Source of the DNA: Gemmatimonas sp. | GTDB taxonomy: Bacteria > Gemmatimonadota > Gemmatimonadetes > Gemmatimonadales > Gemmatimonadaceae | Assembly: GCA_965279375.1 (NCBI GenBank) | Contig: OZ257156.1 | Span: forward strand, 3,424,001-3,488,000 | Direction of reading: 5' to 3' | DNA length: 64,000 nt | Shown: positions 28,010 to 37,356 of the stretch, piece after piece | Position numbering within the stretch: the first letter of the stretch is position 1 | Layout: the number at the start of each line of letters is the position of its first letter | The notes under the pieces: generated by a model | The model's input: the letters and a program-made list of their open reading frames with translations, nothing else | Database searches by the model: none | What the model was told of the DNA's origin: nothing | Position numbers and translations under genes: made by a program

Positions 28010-30474
28010 TGCGCCGTGGCGGATGGTGCACGATGCTGGCGGGGCTCGGCCTGTGGGCGCTGGCGACGACACTCCGCGCGCAGGAGGTGCGCGAGGTCGA
28101 GGGAGACGTGCGGGAACGCGTGGAGTGGATGCTGCGCGATCGCGCCTATCCGTTTGGTGAGATCGATCGCAGTCCCGTGTTCGCTGCTCGAGCATCAGCG
28201 CTCTTCAATCGCATCGCGCCCGCACTGACCGCGGTCGCTCCTTGGCGCTCCGTCGGCCCGTTCGGCTTTCAGACGTCAGCGTTCTACGGCTCGTCGCCGC
28301 TGGCCGACGGCGGGCGCGTGCGTGCGATCGCCATCGACCCGCGCAACTCGAGTGTGATTTATGCGGGCTCTGCCTCGGGAGGCGTCTGGCGCACCAGCAA
28401 TGGAGGCGCCACGTGGACGCCGCTGACTGACGCGCAGTGTTCGCTCACTACGGGCGCAATCGCTATCGATCCCGTCGACCCCAGCATTCTGTATGTCGGC
28501 ACCGGCGAGCCGACGCAGTCGAACGGGTGCGGTCTGCTGCGAACGTTCGATGGTGGCGCAACGTGGACCGAGATCAACGGTGGTGGCGTGCTCGCGCCCA
28601 CCAACGGCACGCGTGCCAGTCAGACATATCGCATCGCCATCGATCCGGGGTCGGCAGGTTCGCGTACCTCGACCGTTGTCTTGTACGCGGCCTCCAACGG
28701 ACTCCATCGCTCGGCGAATAGTGGCGCAACTTGGACCACCGTGCTCACTGGCTTCGTGACCGACGTGCACGCCGACCCGACGCGATCGAACGTCTTCTGG
28801 GCGGCGGTGGGGAACAGCAGCAGTCGCGGTGGTATCTGGCGCTCGGCTGATCGCGGCGTCACCTGGACGCAGGTCTATCGCGCGCCGGCAGGGAGCGGTC
28901 GCATCGGGTTGGGAATGTCGAGCGCCGCCCCGGGGCGACTCTGGGCTGCGATGTCCAACACCGCCGACAATCGACTCGGTACCTTCCTTCGCTACGACGA
29001 TCGCGACGAGAGCGTGGCGATTCTGGCAGCAACGGGCGTCAACGACAACTCCACGCGACTCGACTTCGGCGGTCAGACGTCGTACAACCTGGTGGTCGAG
29101 GCCGATCCGACCGACTCCGCGACGGTGTACCTGGGCGGCTCGCGCATGTATCGCTCGCGTGATGGCGGCGCGACGTTCTCGCTCGTGGCGTACAACCTGC
29201 ACGTGGACTGGCACGCATTCGAGTTCGCGCCAAGCGACCCGACGGTGATCGTCAGCGGCAGCGATGGCGGAGTGCATGCATCGTACGACGGCGGCGAACG
29301 CTGGATCAGCCGCAATACCAACATCGTCGTCGCGCAGTTCTATCCGGGCATCGGCATACATCCAAGCACGCCGGATGTGCTCGTTGGTGGCCTGCAGGAC
29401 AACAGCACCCTCTGGGCGTTCGGCTCACCGTACTGGACGCTGGCGGTTGCCAGCGGCGATGGGGGCGCCGGCGGATTCAGCCCCGACAACCCCGACATCT
29501 TCTGGTCCACGAGCTACAGCGTCGGCTCGATCTATCGCATCACGCGGTCGGGGTTGGGCTTCGGGCTTGGCGTCGAGAATCGCGGCTTCACTGTGAACAC
29601 GGCGGAGCGTAAGCGCTTTCTGCCGCCAATGGTGATCGACCCCAGCACCGGCTCGACGCTGTACTACGGTACGTATCGGCTGTGGCGCACGACGGCGGAG
29701 GGCCGGTTCGGCAGCTGGTCACCCATCACGCCCGACCTGACGAAGGGCGCCGGCGTCATCAACACCATCGAGGTCGCGCCATCCGACCCGCGCGTGATCT
29801 GGGTGGGCACCAACGACGGCAACGTGCACCGGTCGATAGACGGCGGCGCGTCGTTCACGCTGGTCTCCGCGTCGCTTCCCAACCGGGCGGTTACCAAGAT
29901 TGCGGCCGATCCGCTCGACGCGCGTCGTGCTCTGCTGACGCTGTCAGGGTTTGGGACGCCGCACCTGTACCTGACCACCGATCAGGGGGCGACGTGGGCG
30001 AATGTGTCCGGTGCTCTCCCGGACCTGCCGTTCAATGCGGCCGTCATCGTCCCCGGTACCAACCGATTCTTCGCAGCGGGCGACATCGGCGTGTACGAGA
30101 CCGCGGATGCCGGGGCCACATGGGCGAACGCATATCCCGGCTTGCCGAACGTGCAGGTGCTCGACCTCGTGCTCCAGCGCAGCACCGGACTGCTGTACGC
30201 CGGTACCTACGGACGCGGCATCTTCTCCACCAGCGTGCTCACTGGGCGTACCGCGCTGCGTGGCGACGTCAACGGTGACGGGGCCGTGAATGCGGGGGAC
30301 GCCCTGTTGGCGCAGCTCGCCATCGTTGGACTCTTCCCTTCGAGTGCCGGCAACCCGCTGCCAGCGGCCGACGCCAACTGCAATGGCCGGATGGACGCCG
30401 GGGACCCGTTGGCCATTCTGCAGTTCGCCGTGGGCACGCCGGTTCCGGGGCTGTGCGTCGGCACCGTGCGCTAG
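28009..30474 (+). CDS. Secreted BNR/Asp-box beta-propeller protein (GH74/VPS10-like) with C-terminal dockerin type I domain
   Basis: Signal peptide LRA-Q; many [ST].[DN]GG.[TS]W boxes; duplicated Ca-loops GDVNGDGAVNAGD and ADANCNGRMDAGD. Confidence 0.88.
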   Translation: MRRGGWCTMLAGLGLWALATTLRAQEVREVEGDVRERVEWMLRDRAYPFGEIDRSPVFAARASALFNRIAPALTAVAPWRSVGPFGFQTSAFYGSSPLADGGRVRAIAIDPRNSSVIYAGSASGGVWRTSNGGATWTPLTDAQCSLTTGAIAIDPVDPSILYVGTGEPTQSNGCGLLRTFDGGATWTEINGGGVLAPTNGTRASQTYRIAIDPGSAGSRTSTVVLYAASNGLHRSANSGATWTTVLTGFVTDVHADPTRSNVFWAAVGNSSSRGGIWRSADRGVTWTQVYRAPAGSGRIGLGMSSAAPGRLWAAMSNTADNRLGTFLRYDDRDESVAILAATGVNDNSTRLDFGGQTSYNLVVEADPTDSATVYLGGSRMYRSRDGGATFSLVAYNLHVDWHAFEFAPSDPTVIVSGSDGGVHASYDGGERWISRNTNIVVAQFYPGIGIHPSTPDVLVGGLQDNSTLWAFGSPYWTLAVASGDGGAGGFSPDNPDIFWSTSYSVGSIYRITRSGLGFGLGVENRGFTVNTAERKRFLPPMVIDPSTGSTLYYGTYRLWRTTAEGRFGSWSPITPDLTKGAGVINTIEVAPSDPRVIWVGTNDGNVHRSIDGGASFTLVSASLPNRAVTKIAADPLDARRALLTLSGFGTPHLYLTTDQGATWANVSGALPDLPFNAAVIVPGTNRFFAAGDIGVYETADAGATWANAYPGLPNVQVLDLVLQRSTGLLYAGTYGRGIFSTSVLTGRTALRGDVNGDGAVNAGDALLAQLAIVGLFPSSAGNPLPAADANCNGRMDAGDPLAILQFAVGTPVPGLCVGTVR

Positions 30475-30735
30475 CGAGCAGCGCTGCGGGCGCTAGATGG
30501 TTTGCTGGCGAACGGTGGAACTTCGTTGCTGATCTGCGACGAAGTCGGTGCGTCAGGGGGACCAGGGGCGCGCTAAATTACGCGAGTCGATCGGAGCCGT
30601 TTTTCCAACCGGCACGGGTGGTGCGCTGCGTCCCGCAGCTCGTCGCCGCCTTCGTTACACACCATCGCACGGCTGAGTGCCTGTCGATCGGTGGATGTAT
30701 CAGCTATGCGAAGACCAAACTCTCAGGAGATGGGA

Positions 30736-33700
30736 ATGAAGCGCTGGTTCACGAAGTTTGCGGGAGCGGCGCTGTCGCTCACGCTTGGGCTCTTGCTCGC
30801 AGCCCCGATCACTGCGCTCCGCGCGCAGGGTGTCACCACCGGCTCGATGAGCGGTACGGTGAAGAGCGACAAGGGCGTCGTTGCCTCGGCACGAATCGTT
30901 GCCGTCCATCAGCCATCTGGCACGACCTATCAGGCGCTGAGCCGCGCCGACGGTCGCTTTCTGATCCCCGCCATGCGCGTCGGCGGCCCCTACACGGTGA
31001 CGGCCATCGCGCTCGGCTACGAGCGCAATGCGCAGAACGGGCTCGAGGTCACGCTCGGCTCCTCCACCGACGTGAGCTTTGAACTCAAGACCGTCGCAGT
31101 GGTGCTCTCGGGCGTCCAGGTCACGGCCACTGGTGGTGCGCTCAGCTCGCGTATCACAGGCGCCTCGACGACGATTCCGAAGGAAGCCATCGCGGCGTTC
31201 CCGACCATCGGCCGTACGATCACCGACTTCACGCGTCTGACGCCGCAGTCCAGCGGATCCTCGTTCGCGGGTCAGGACAACCGCCTGAACAACATCACGC
31301 TCGATGGATCGTACTTCAACAACTCGTTCGGTCTGGGCTCGCAGCCGGGTGCCCGCACGGGCGTGTCGCCGATTCCGATCGACGCCATCGAGCAGATTCA
31401 GGTCAACATCGCGCCGTTCGACGTGCGCCAGGGCGGCTTCACCGGCGCCGGCGTCAACGCAGTCACCAAGAGCGGCGGCAACGAATTCAAGGGCTCGCTC
31501 TACTACACCACGCGTAACCAGGGGCTCGTCGGCGACAGCACGGCCGGCGTCTTCTTCAACAAGGGCAAGTTCAAGTTCACGCAGCCCGGCGGTTACGTCA
31601 GCGGCCCGCTGATCAAGAACAAGCTGTTCTTCTTTGTGGACTACGAGACGGACGAGCTCACGCAGCCGGCGACGAGCTTCGTGGCGAACACGGGCGGTCA
31701 GGCGATCTCCGGCAACACCACGCGCGTGCTGCAGTCGGATATCGCGACGCTCAGCGCCTTCCTCAAGGACAAGTTCAACTACGTGACCGGTCCGGCGCAG
31801 GGCTTCAACCTCGCGGTTCCGTCCAACCGTACGATCGCGAAGATCGACTGGAACGTGAACGACCGGAACAAGTTCAGCTTCCGCTATAGCGATCTCGAGT
31901 CCAAGTCCGACCAGCCGATCTCCAACTCCAACGCCCTCGGCACGCTCGGCAATCGTCGCGACAACCTCAACTCGATGAGCTTCCAGAACTCCGGATACGC
32001 CATCAAGGAAAACGCGACGTCGTACATCGGTGAATTGAACTCGCAGATCGGTTCGAACATGTCGAACCAGATCATCGCCGGTTACACCACGAACGACGAA
32101 AGCCGCGAGTCGAAGGGCACGCTCTTCCCGCTCGTGGACATCAACAACAACGGCACGAACTACCTCTCGTTCGGCTTCGAGCCGTTCACGCCGAACAACG
32201 TGCTGAAGTACAACACGTGGCAGTTCCAGGACAACTTCACCATCTACACCGACAAGCACGACCTCACCTTCGGTGTGACGGCGCAGCGCTACAAGTCCGA
32301 CAACGGCTTCTCGCCGGGTCTGCAGAGCGCGTACGTGTACAACTCGCTCGCCGACTTCTACGCAGACGCGAATGGCTTCCTGGCGAACCCGACGCGCACG
32401 ACGTCGCCGGTCTCGCTCAGCCGCTTCCAGGTCCGTTACAACAACATCCCGGGCCTCGACGCACCGATCCAGCCGCTGCGTGTGAACACGTACGGCGCCT
32501 ACGCACAGGACGAATGGCGTGCGACGCGCAACCTCAAGGTCACGATGGGGCTGCGTATCGACGTGCCGATGTTCGAGAACACGGCGTTCAACAACTCGCA
32601 GGCCAACGCGCTGACGTTCCGCGACGAGACCGGCGCGGCCGTCAAGTACAACACTGGCAAGCTGCCGGACGCCAACCCGCTGATCTCGCCGCGCGTCGGC
32701 TTCAACTGGGACGTGCAGGGCGATCGTCGCACGATCGTCCGCGGCGGTACCGGTATCTTCAGCGGCACGCCGCCGTACGTCTGGATCTCCAACCAGCTCG
32801 GCAACACCGGCGTGCTGACCGGCTTCGACCAGCGCGACAACACCACCACGCGCCCGTTCAATCCGAACCCGGATACGTACAAGCCGACGACGGTGACCGG
32901 CGCGCCGGCTCCCACGTACGAGCTCAACGTGACGGCGCAGGACTACAAGTTCTCGCAGGTGTGGCGCACGAACCTCGCCGTTGACCGTCGCCTCCCGTGG
33001 GGCTTCATCGGCACGTTCGAAGGCCTCTACAGCACCGAAGTGAACGGCCCGTACTACATCAACGCGAACCTCCCGGCCGCCAACTCCGCCTTCACGGGCG
33101 CTGACAAGCGTCCGCGTTGGACCGCTGGCAACAACCGTATCAACAGCAACGTCAGCGCCGCGTACGTCATCAGCAACGCGACCACGGGCTACTCGTACAA
33201 CCTCTCCGGCTCACTCGCGAAGTCGTTCACCAACGGCTTCTTCGCCAAGGCGGCCTACGCCTATGGCGTGTCGAAGAACTCGTACGATCCGGGCTCGACG
33301 GCCGCCACGAACTGGACGGCGAACGCGCAGGCCGGTGACCCGAACAATCCGGGCGTGCAGTTCTCGCAGTACTCCCCGGGACACCGAGTCTTCCTCGCGC
33401 TGTCGTACCGCAAGGAGTACTTCAAGTTCGGCGCGACGTCGATCTCGCTCTTCACGGAAGGCCGCACGCAGGGCAACACGTCGTACACGTTCAGCGCGGA
33501 CGCCAACGGCGACGCCGCTGCCGCGAACGACTTGATCTACATCCCGCGCAACGCCTCGGAAATGAACTTCCAGCAGTACGGCGTGAACGCGGCCGGCACG
33601 GTCGTCACGACGAACCCGGTGCGCGTCTTCACCGTCGCCGAGCAGCAGACGGCATGGGAAGCGTACATCCAGCAGGACAAATACCTCTCCTCGCGCCGCG

Positions 33701-34041
33701 GCCAGTACGCCGAGCGTGGTGCGGTCTTCCTGCCGATTCTCTTCCGCAGCGACCTTGGCGTCACGCAGGAAATCTTCCAGAACGTCGGCGGCAAGCGGAA
33801 CACGATCGCGATCCGCTTCGACATCCTGAACCTCGACAACTTGCTCAACAAGAAGTGGGGCGCGGGTGACCGCCTGGTCTCCAGCACGCCGCTCCTGCCG
33901 CAGGGTGCGGATGCCAACGGCGCGCTGCTCTATCGTCTGCGCAACTTCGGCACGAACCTCATCAACACCACGTACCAGCACACGGCCGGTATCTCCGACG
34001 TGTGGCGTATGCAGTTGGGCGTGCGGTACACGTTCAACTAA
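30736..34041 (+). CDS. TonB-dependent receptor, Oar-like, with N-terminal carboxypeptidase-regulatory-like domain
   Basis: AGGAG RBS, signal peptide, NNITLDG...IDAIEQIQV..APFDVRQGGFTGAGVNAVTKSG plug, C-terminal QLGVRYTFN. Confidence 0.92.
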   Translation: MKRWFTKFAGAALSLTLGLLLAAPITALRAQGVTTGSMSGTVKSDKGVVASARIVAVHQPSGTTYQALSRADGRFLIPAMRVGGPYTVTAIALGYERNAQNGLEVTLGSSTDVSFELKTVAVVLSGVQVTATGGALSSRITGASTTIPKEAIAAFPTIGRTITDFTRLTPQSSGSSFAGQDNRLNNITLDGSYFNNSFGLGSQPGARTGVSPIPIDAIEQIQVNIAPFDVRQGGFTGAGVNAVTKSGGNEFKGSLYYTTRNQGLVGDSTAGVFFNKGKFKFTQPGGYVSGPLIKNKLFFFVDYETDELTQPATSFVANTGGQAISGNTTRVLQSDIATLSAFLKDKFNYVTGPAQGFNLAVPSNRTIAKIDWNVNDRNKFSFRYSDLESKSDQPISNSNALGTLGNRRDNLNSMSFQNSGYAIKENATSYIGELNSQIGSNMSNQIIAGYTTNDESRESKGTLFPLVDINNNGTNYLSFGFEPFTPNNVLKYNTWQFQDNFTIYTDKHDLTFGVTAQRYKSDNGFSPGLQSAYVYNSLADFYADANGFLANPTRTTSPVSLSRFQVRYNNIPGLDAPIQPLRVNTYGAYAQDEWRATRNLKVTMGLRIDVPMFENTAFNNSQANALTFRDETGAAVKYNTGKLPDANPLISPRVGFNWDVQGDRRTIVRGGTGIFSGTPPYVWISNQLGNTGVLTGFDQRDNTTTRPFNPNPDTYKPTTVTGAPAPTYELNVTAQDYKFSQVWRTNLAVDRRLPWGFIGTFEGLYSTEVNGPYYINANLPAANSAFTGADKRPRWTAGNNRINSNVSAAYVISNATTGYSYNLSGSLAKSFTNGFFAKAAYAYGVSKNSYDPGSTAATNWTANAQAGDPNNPGVQFSQYSPGHRVFLALSYRKEYFKFGATSISLFTEGRTQGNTSYTFSADANGDAAAANDLIYIPRNASEMNFQQYGVNAAGTVVTTNPVRVFTVAEQQTAWEAYIQQDKYLSSRRGQYAERGAVFLPILFRSDLGVTQEIFQNVGGKRNTIAIRFDILNLDNLLNKKWGAGDRLVSSTPLLPQGADANGALLYRLRNFGTNLINTTYQHTAGISDVWRMQLGVRYTFN

Positions 34042-34065
34042 GGCCTCGCGCCGATCGCTGTTCGC

Positions 34066-34106
34066 AACGAGCCGCCACCGATTCCGGTGGCGGCTCGTTT
34101 GCTTTT
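34066..34106 (+). terminator. Intrinsic terminator after the TBDR
   Basis: 15-bp stem aacgagccgccaccg-attc-cggtggcggctcgtt followed by tgctttt. Confidence 0.85.
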
Positions 34107-34234
34107 CCTCGCGCGTCGCCTCGCGTGTACGGCTTGACACGATTCGTCGCGCACATCAGTCTGACGTCCTGGCCGTCGCGCCGGCCGAGCCCTCACGGCG
34201 CCTGCGCATTCCGACTCTTCCACTGCCCGCATCC

Positions 34235-35242
34235 ATGTCAATCGTTTCGGCCGCGCACTGGCACGCTGCTCGCCGTTTCCTCGTTGCGGGGACGGTGCTC
34301 GCGACTGCCTGCGGTGGTGAACCCAAACTGCCGCCCATCGAAAGCGCGGCGCACCTGAGCGAGTGGAATGCCTGGAAGGCGAAGCGCGTTGCGTTTCTCT
34401 CGACCCCAGGGCGTCCGATGTCCTACACGGCGCTCACCTGGATCGCGGAAGGGCCAACGACCATTGGCGGCGACTCGAGCAATACGGTTCGGCTGGTCGG
34501 ACGCGATGTACCGCCCAAGCTTGGCACGCTGATTCGCACCGGCACCACCGTGCGATTCGAGCCTATGGTGGGTGTCACGGCGACGATCGACAGTCAGCCC
34601 GCGGCGGCGACCGCGCTGCGCACCGATGCGGTGCCCAACCCGTCCATCGTGTCGGCGGGGACGGCGGGCTTCCGCATCGTGCAGCGTGTGGACTCGATGG
34701 GCGTGCGCGCGTGGGATGCGGACAAGGTCACCCCCGAGGCGATCGCCAAGCAGATCGCGCCGCTCGAGTACTTCGAACTCAACCCCGCGTGGCGCATCGC
34801 CGGGCGCTTGGTGGAGCGTGAAAAGCCAGAGACATTGGCCGTCGCCACCAGCGCAGGCGTGGCCGAGGTGCACATCATCGTTGGCATGGTCGCGGCGAGC
34901 GTTGGCGGACAGCCGGTGAATCTCACGGCCTACGCGGGCGCCAACCCCACGGACCTGTTCTTTACCTTCAGCGACGAGTCGAGCGGCGAAGACACGTACG
35001 GCTTTCGCTTTCTGCACGCGGCGCTCGATCCGAAGACGAATATCGTCACCCTCGACTTCAACTTCGCCTACAACCCGGATTGCGCCTTCTCAGCGTACAC
35101 CACGTGTCCGCTCCCGCCCGACGAGAACCGCATCGGTGTGCGCATCCCCGCCGGCGAACGCGCGGTGCGCTATCTCGCCGATGAGTCCAACGGTGCTCGT
35201 GCCAAAGCGCTGGCCGACAAAGTGCGCGGAAGCAAGCCGTGA
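34235..35242 (+). CDS. DUF1684 family lipoprotein
   Basis: LATAC lipobox; F.D..SG.DTYG.RFL and LDFNFAYNPDCAFSAYTTCPLPPDENR. Confidence 0.88.
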   Translation: MSIVSAAHWHAARRFLVAGTVLATACGGEPKLPPIESAAHLSEWNAWKAKRVAFLSTPGRPMSYTALTWIAEGPTTIGGDSSNTVRLVGRDVPPKLGTLIRTGTTVRFEPMVGVTATIDSQPAAATALRTDAVPNPSIVSAGTAGFRIVQRVDSMGVRAWDADKVTPEAIAKQIAPLEYFELNPAWRIAGRLVEREKPETLAVATSAGVAEVHIIVGMVAASVGGQPVNLTAYAGANPTDLFFTFSDESSGEDTYGFRFLHAALDPKTNIVTLDFNFAYNPDCAFSAYTTCPLPPDENRIGVRIPAGERAVRYLADESNGARAKALADKVRGSKP

Positions 35243-35793
35243 GTGCTCGATTGCGCCCAGCGGTTGTGGTGGTCGCTGCGCTCGTTTCGGCATTGGCTAC
35301 GGCGTGCGGCAAGTCCGCCAGCGACGAGCGGAGCGCTCCCACCACGCGCAAGCCGCCCGTGGCGACGGGCTCGATCGCGCCAGCGTACACCGACACGGCG
35401 TTGACCGGTGCCGCGGTGGCGTTCGGCGGTGCCACCAGCGAACTCACGCTGGTGAACGTCTGGGCCACGTGGTGTCGCTCCTGCAAGGAGGAGTTCGCCG
35501 AACTCGAACGCATACGGCTCGCGCATGAGGGGCAGGGGCTGCACGTCGTCGCCGTCAGCGTGGATCAGGGCGGCTCCGCCAAGGTGCAGAACTTCGTTGC
35601 TGCGCAGGGGAGTCGTTTTCCCGTCGTGCACGACAAGAAGGCGCGCATCTCGTCGGAGTACGGTGTCAGCGGATTGCCGTCCACCTATCTGATCGGCCGG
35701 GATGGCCGTGTGCTCTGGTCGCTGACAGGGAGCTTTCTCGAAGACAGTGCCGCGATGTACGCGGCTATTCGGAAAGCCGTCGCGGCGCCGTAG
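35239..35793 (+). CDS. TlpA family thiol-disulfide oxidoreductase lipoprotein
   Basis: LVNVWATWCRSCKEE, YGVSGLPSTYLIGRDG, LATAC lipobox. Confidence 0.9.
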   Translation: MSARLRPAVVVVAALVSALATACGKSASDERSAPTTRKPPVATGSIAPAYTDTALTGAAVAFGGATSELTLVNVWATWCRSCKEEFAELERIRLAHEGQGLHVVAVSVDQGGSAKVQNFVAAQGSRFPVVHDKKARISSEYGVSGLPSTYLIGRDGRVLWSLTGSFLEDSAAMYAAIRKAVAAP

Positions 35794-35828
35794 CACCGCT
35801 CCCACAGCGCTGCAGACGTGCGTTGGTC

Positions 35829-36539
35829 CTATCGCGGGCCGCGACCGGGAGCAGGGTTGCCTAGCGCGGGCTTGGTCACGCGAAACGCGAAGCTCTGCTC
35901 AACAAGCTGTGGCACCACGCGCCCGCGCAACCAGGCGGGTTTGAACTTCATGCGCGGCAGCGCTGCTCGCACCGCGGCCGTGAACGCGCTATCGGTGGAC
36001 TGCGCGACCTTGAAGGACTCGAGCGTCACGCGACCCGTGGTGTCCACGACGAACTGCGCCAACACCACGCCCTCCACCTGCTTCGCGAGCAACTCGGGAG
36101 GGTATGCCGGCCCTTCGCTCATCGGATCGGTTTCCACGAGTGAGTCGACCTCGATTTCCGAGAGCGCACGCTGCGGATCACTGGGAGTCTGAGCGGGCGA
36201 CGAGAGCGCGGCGGGATTCTCCACCATCGGCGCTGCTTCCGAGATCTGCTTCGTTGGCACCTTGGACGACACCGCCGAAGGCGGCACGGGTGCTCCGGCA
36301 ATGCCGACGAAGTGCAACTGCTCCTGGGCTGCACGCGCAGGGCGTTGGTCCTTGGGGGCCAAAAAGAACGGACGCTTCTCGGGGTCCTGGTCGGGGGAGT
36401 CGTCCGGCAGGTTGGCCACACCGACCGCGCCCACGATCAGCAACACTTCGGCGACGGTGCCGAGCGTGATCTGCGAGAGCTGTCGCATGAGGTAGTGTCG
36501 CGACGACTCCAGAAGTGTCAGTCCATGATGTGCAGGCAT
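35829..36539 (-). CDS. TonB C-terminal domain protein (energy transducer TonB-like)
   Basis: LTLLES start, one TM segment, PAYPPELL...EGVVLAQFVVDTTGRV...F.PA...GRVVPQLVEQSF. Confidence 0.85.
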   Translation of the reverse strand: MPAHHGLTLLESSRHYLMRQLSQITLGTVAEVLLIVGAVGVANLPDDSPDQDPEKRPFFLAPKDQRPARAAQEQLHFVGIAGAPVPPSAVSSKVPTKQISEAAPMVENPAALSSPAQTPSDPQRALSEIEVDSLVETDPMSEGPAYPPELLAKQVEGVVLAQFVVDTTGRVTLESFKVAQSTDSAFTAAVRAALPRMKFKPAWLRGRVVPQLVEQSFAFRVTKPALGNPAPGRGPR

Positions 36540-36719
36540 GGGGAGTATCTCGGGGCGGCGCGACGCAGACGGACGTCCGTGGATGTTGGACAACGAGACA
36601 GACGGAATGTGTGCACCAGTACGGCGGGGCGCGACCCGTGCCCCCCTTGCCCTCTGAGAGACGCTCCACAGGTTCAGGGTATTCCTTCCGCCGCCTCCTC
36701 CCTGTCTCAACACCTCTCC

Positions 36720-37274
36720 ATGCTGCTTCGTCACCTGCTCATCCCCGCCGTCGTCGCGGCTGCCCCCTTCGCGCCAAGCATTCACTCGGCGACTGCGTCC
36801 GTGGTGCAGTCCACGGTCACGCTGCTGGAATACCAGGCGGCGGTCCCCAAGGGGTGGAGCGCTCGCGCCGCGTCGTCGAGCATGCGACTGGCTGAGTTCA
36901 CCACGGGGACGGCGTCCGTGCCGGGCGCGGAAGTCATCGTGTACTTCTTTGGCCCGGGCCAGGGCGGGCCGGTGGATGCGAATCTCGCGCGTTGGAAGGG
37001 ACAGTTCACCAATCCGGCGGGAGGCGCGGTCTACGAGAAGGTCACCACAGACAAGTCGGGCGCATTCCCGCTGACGCTGGCCGAGTACCGCGGCACCTAT
37101 GCGCGCGGCGTTGGCAACGGCTCGAGCGCGGAGGCCGCCCGTCCGAATCATGTCCTTGTGGCGGCAGTGGCCGAGACGCCCAAGGGAACGCTGTTCTTCC
37201 AGCTCTTCGGCCCGGCAGCTGCCGTTGAAGCGCAGCGCGCGGCATACGTCGCCTTCGTGAAAAGCCTTAAGTAG
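36720..37274 (+). CDS. Conserved secreted hypothetical protein
   Basis: Signal-like N-terminus; SSMRLAEF, YFFGPGQGGPVDANLARWKGQF. Confidence 0.75.
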   Translation: MLLRHLLIPAVVAAAPFAPSIHSATASVVQSTVTLLEYQAAVPKGWSARAASSSMRLAEFTTGTASVPGAEVIVYFFGPGQGGPVDANLARWKGQFTNPAGGAVYEKVTTDKSGAFPLTLAEYRGTYARGVGNGSSAEAARPNHVLVAAVAETPKGTLFFQLFGPAAAVEAQRAAYVAFVKSLK

Positions 37275-37356
37275 TCGGCATCGACACCCGCAGTAGGCGC
37301 CCACGTTCCGCTCCGGTATCTCGACTCCTCACGTCTTCACGACTGAACCAATCGCC

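Noticed and set aside
24704..30474. Calling the operon a true cellulosome
   Set aside because: There is at most one cohesin-like domain per protein, no CBM3, and no recognisable cellulase in the window.
30700..32259. Long antisense ORFs (also 1607-3199, 5594-7477, 7428-8975, 17580-19097, 19953-21524, 63043-63840)
   Set aside because: These are shadow ORFs opposite well-supported genes. They are expected from high-GC codon bias and contain no recognisable motifs.
34134..34162. TTGACA promoter before the DUF1684 gene
   Set aside because: The -10 element at 17 nt (CAGTCT) is weak, so it is not supported well enough to call.
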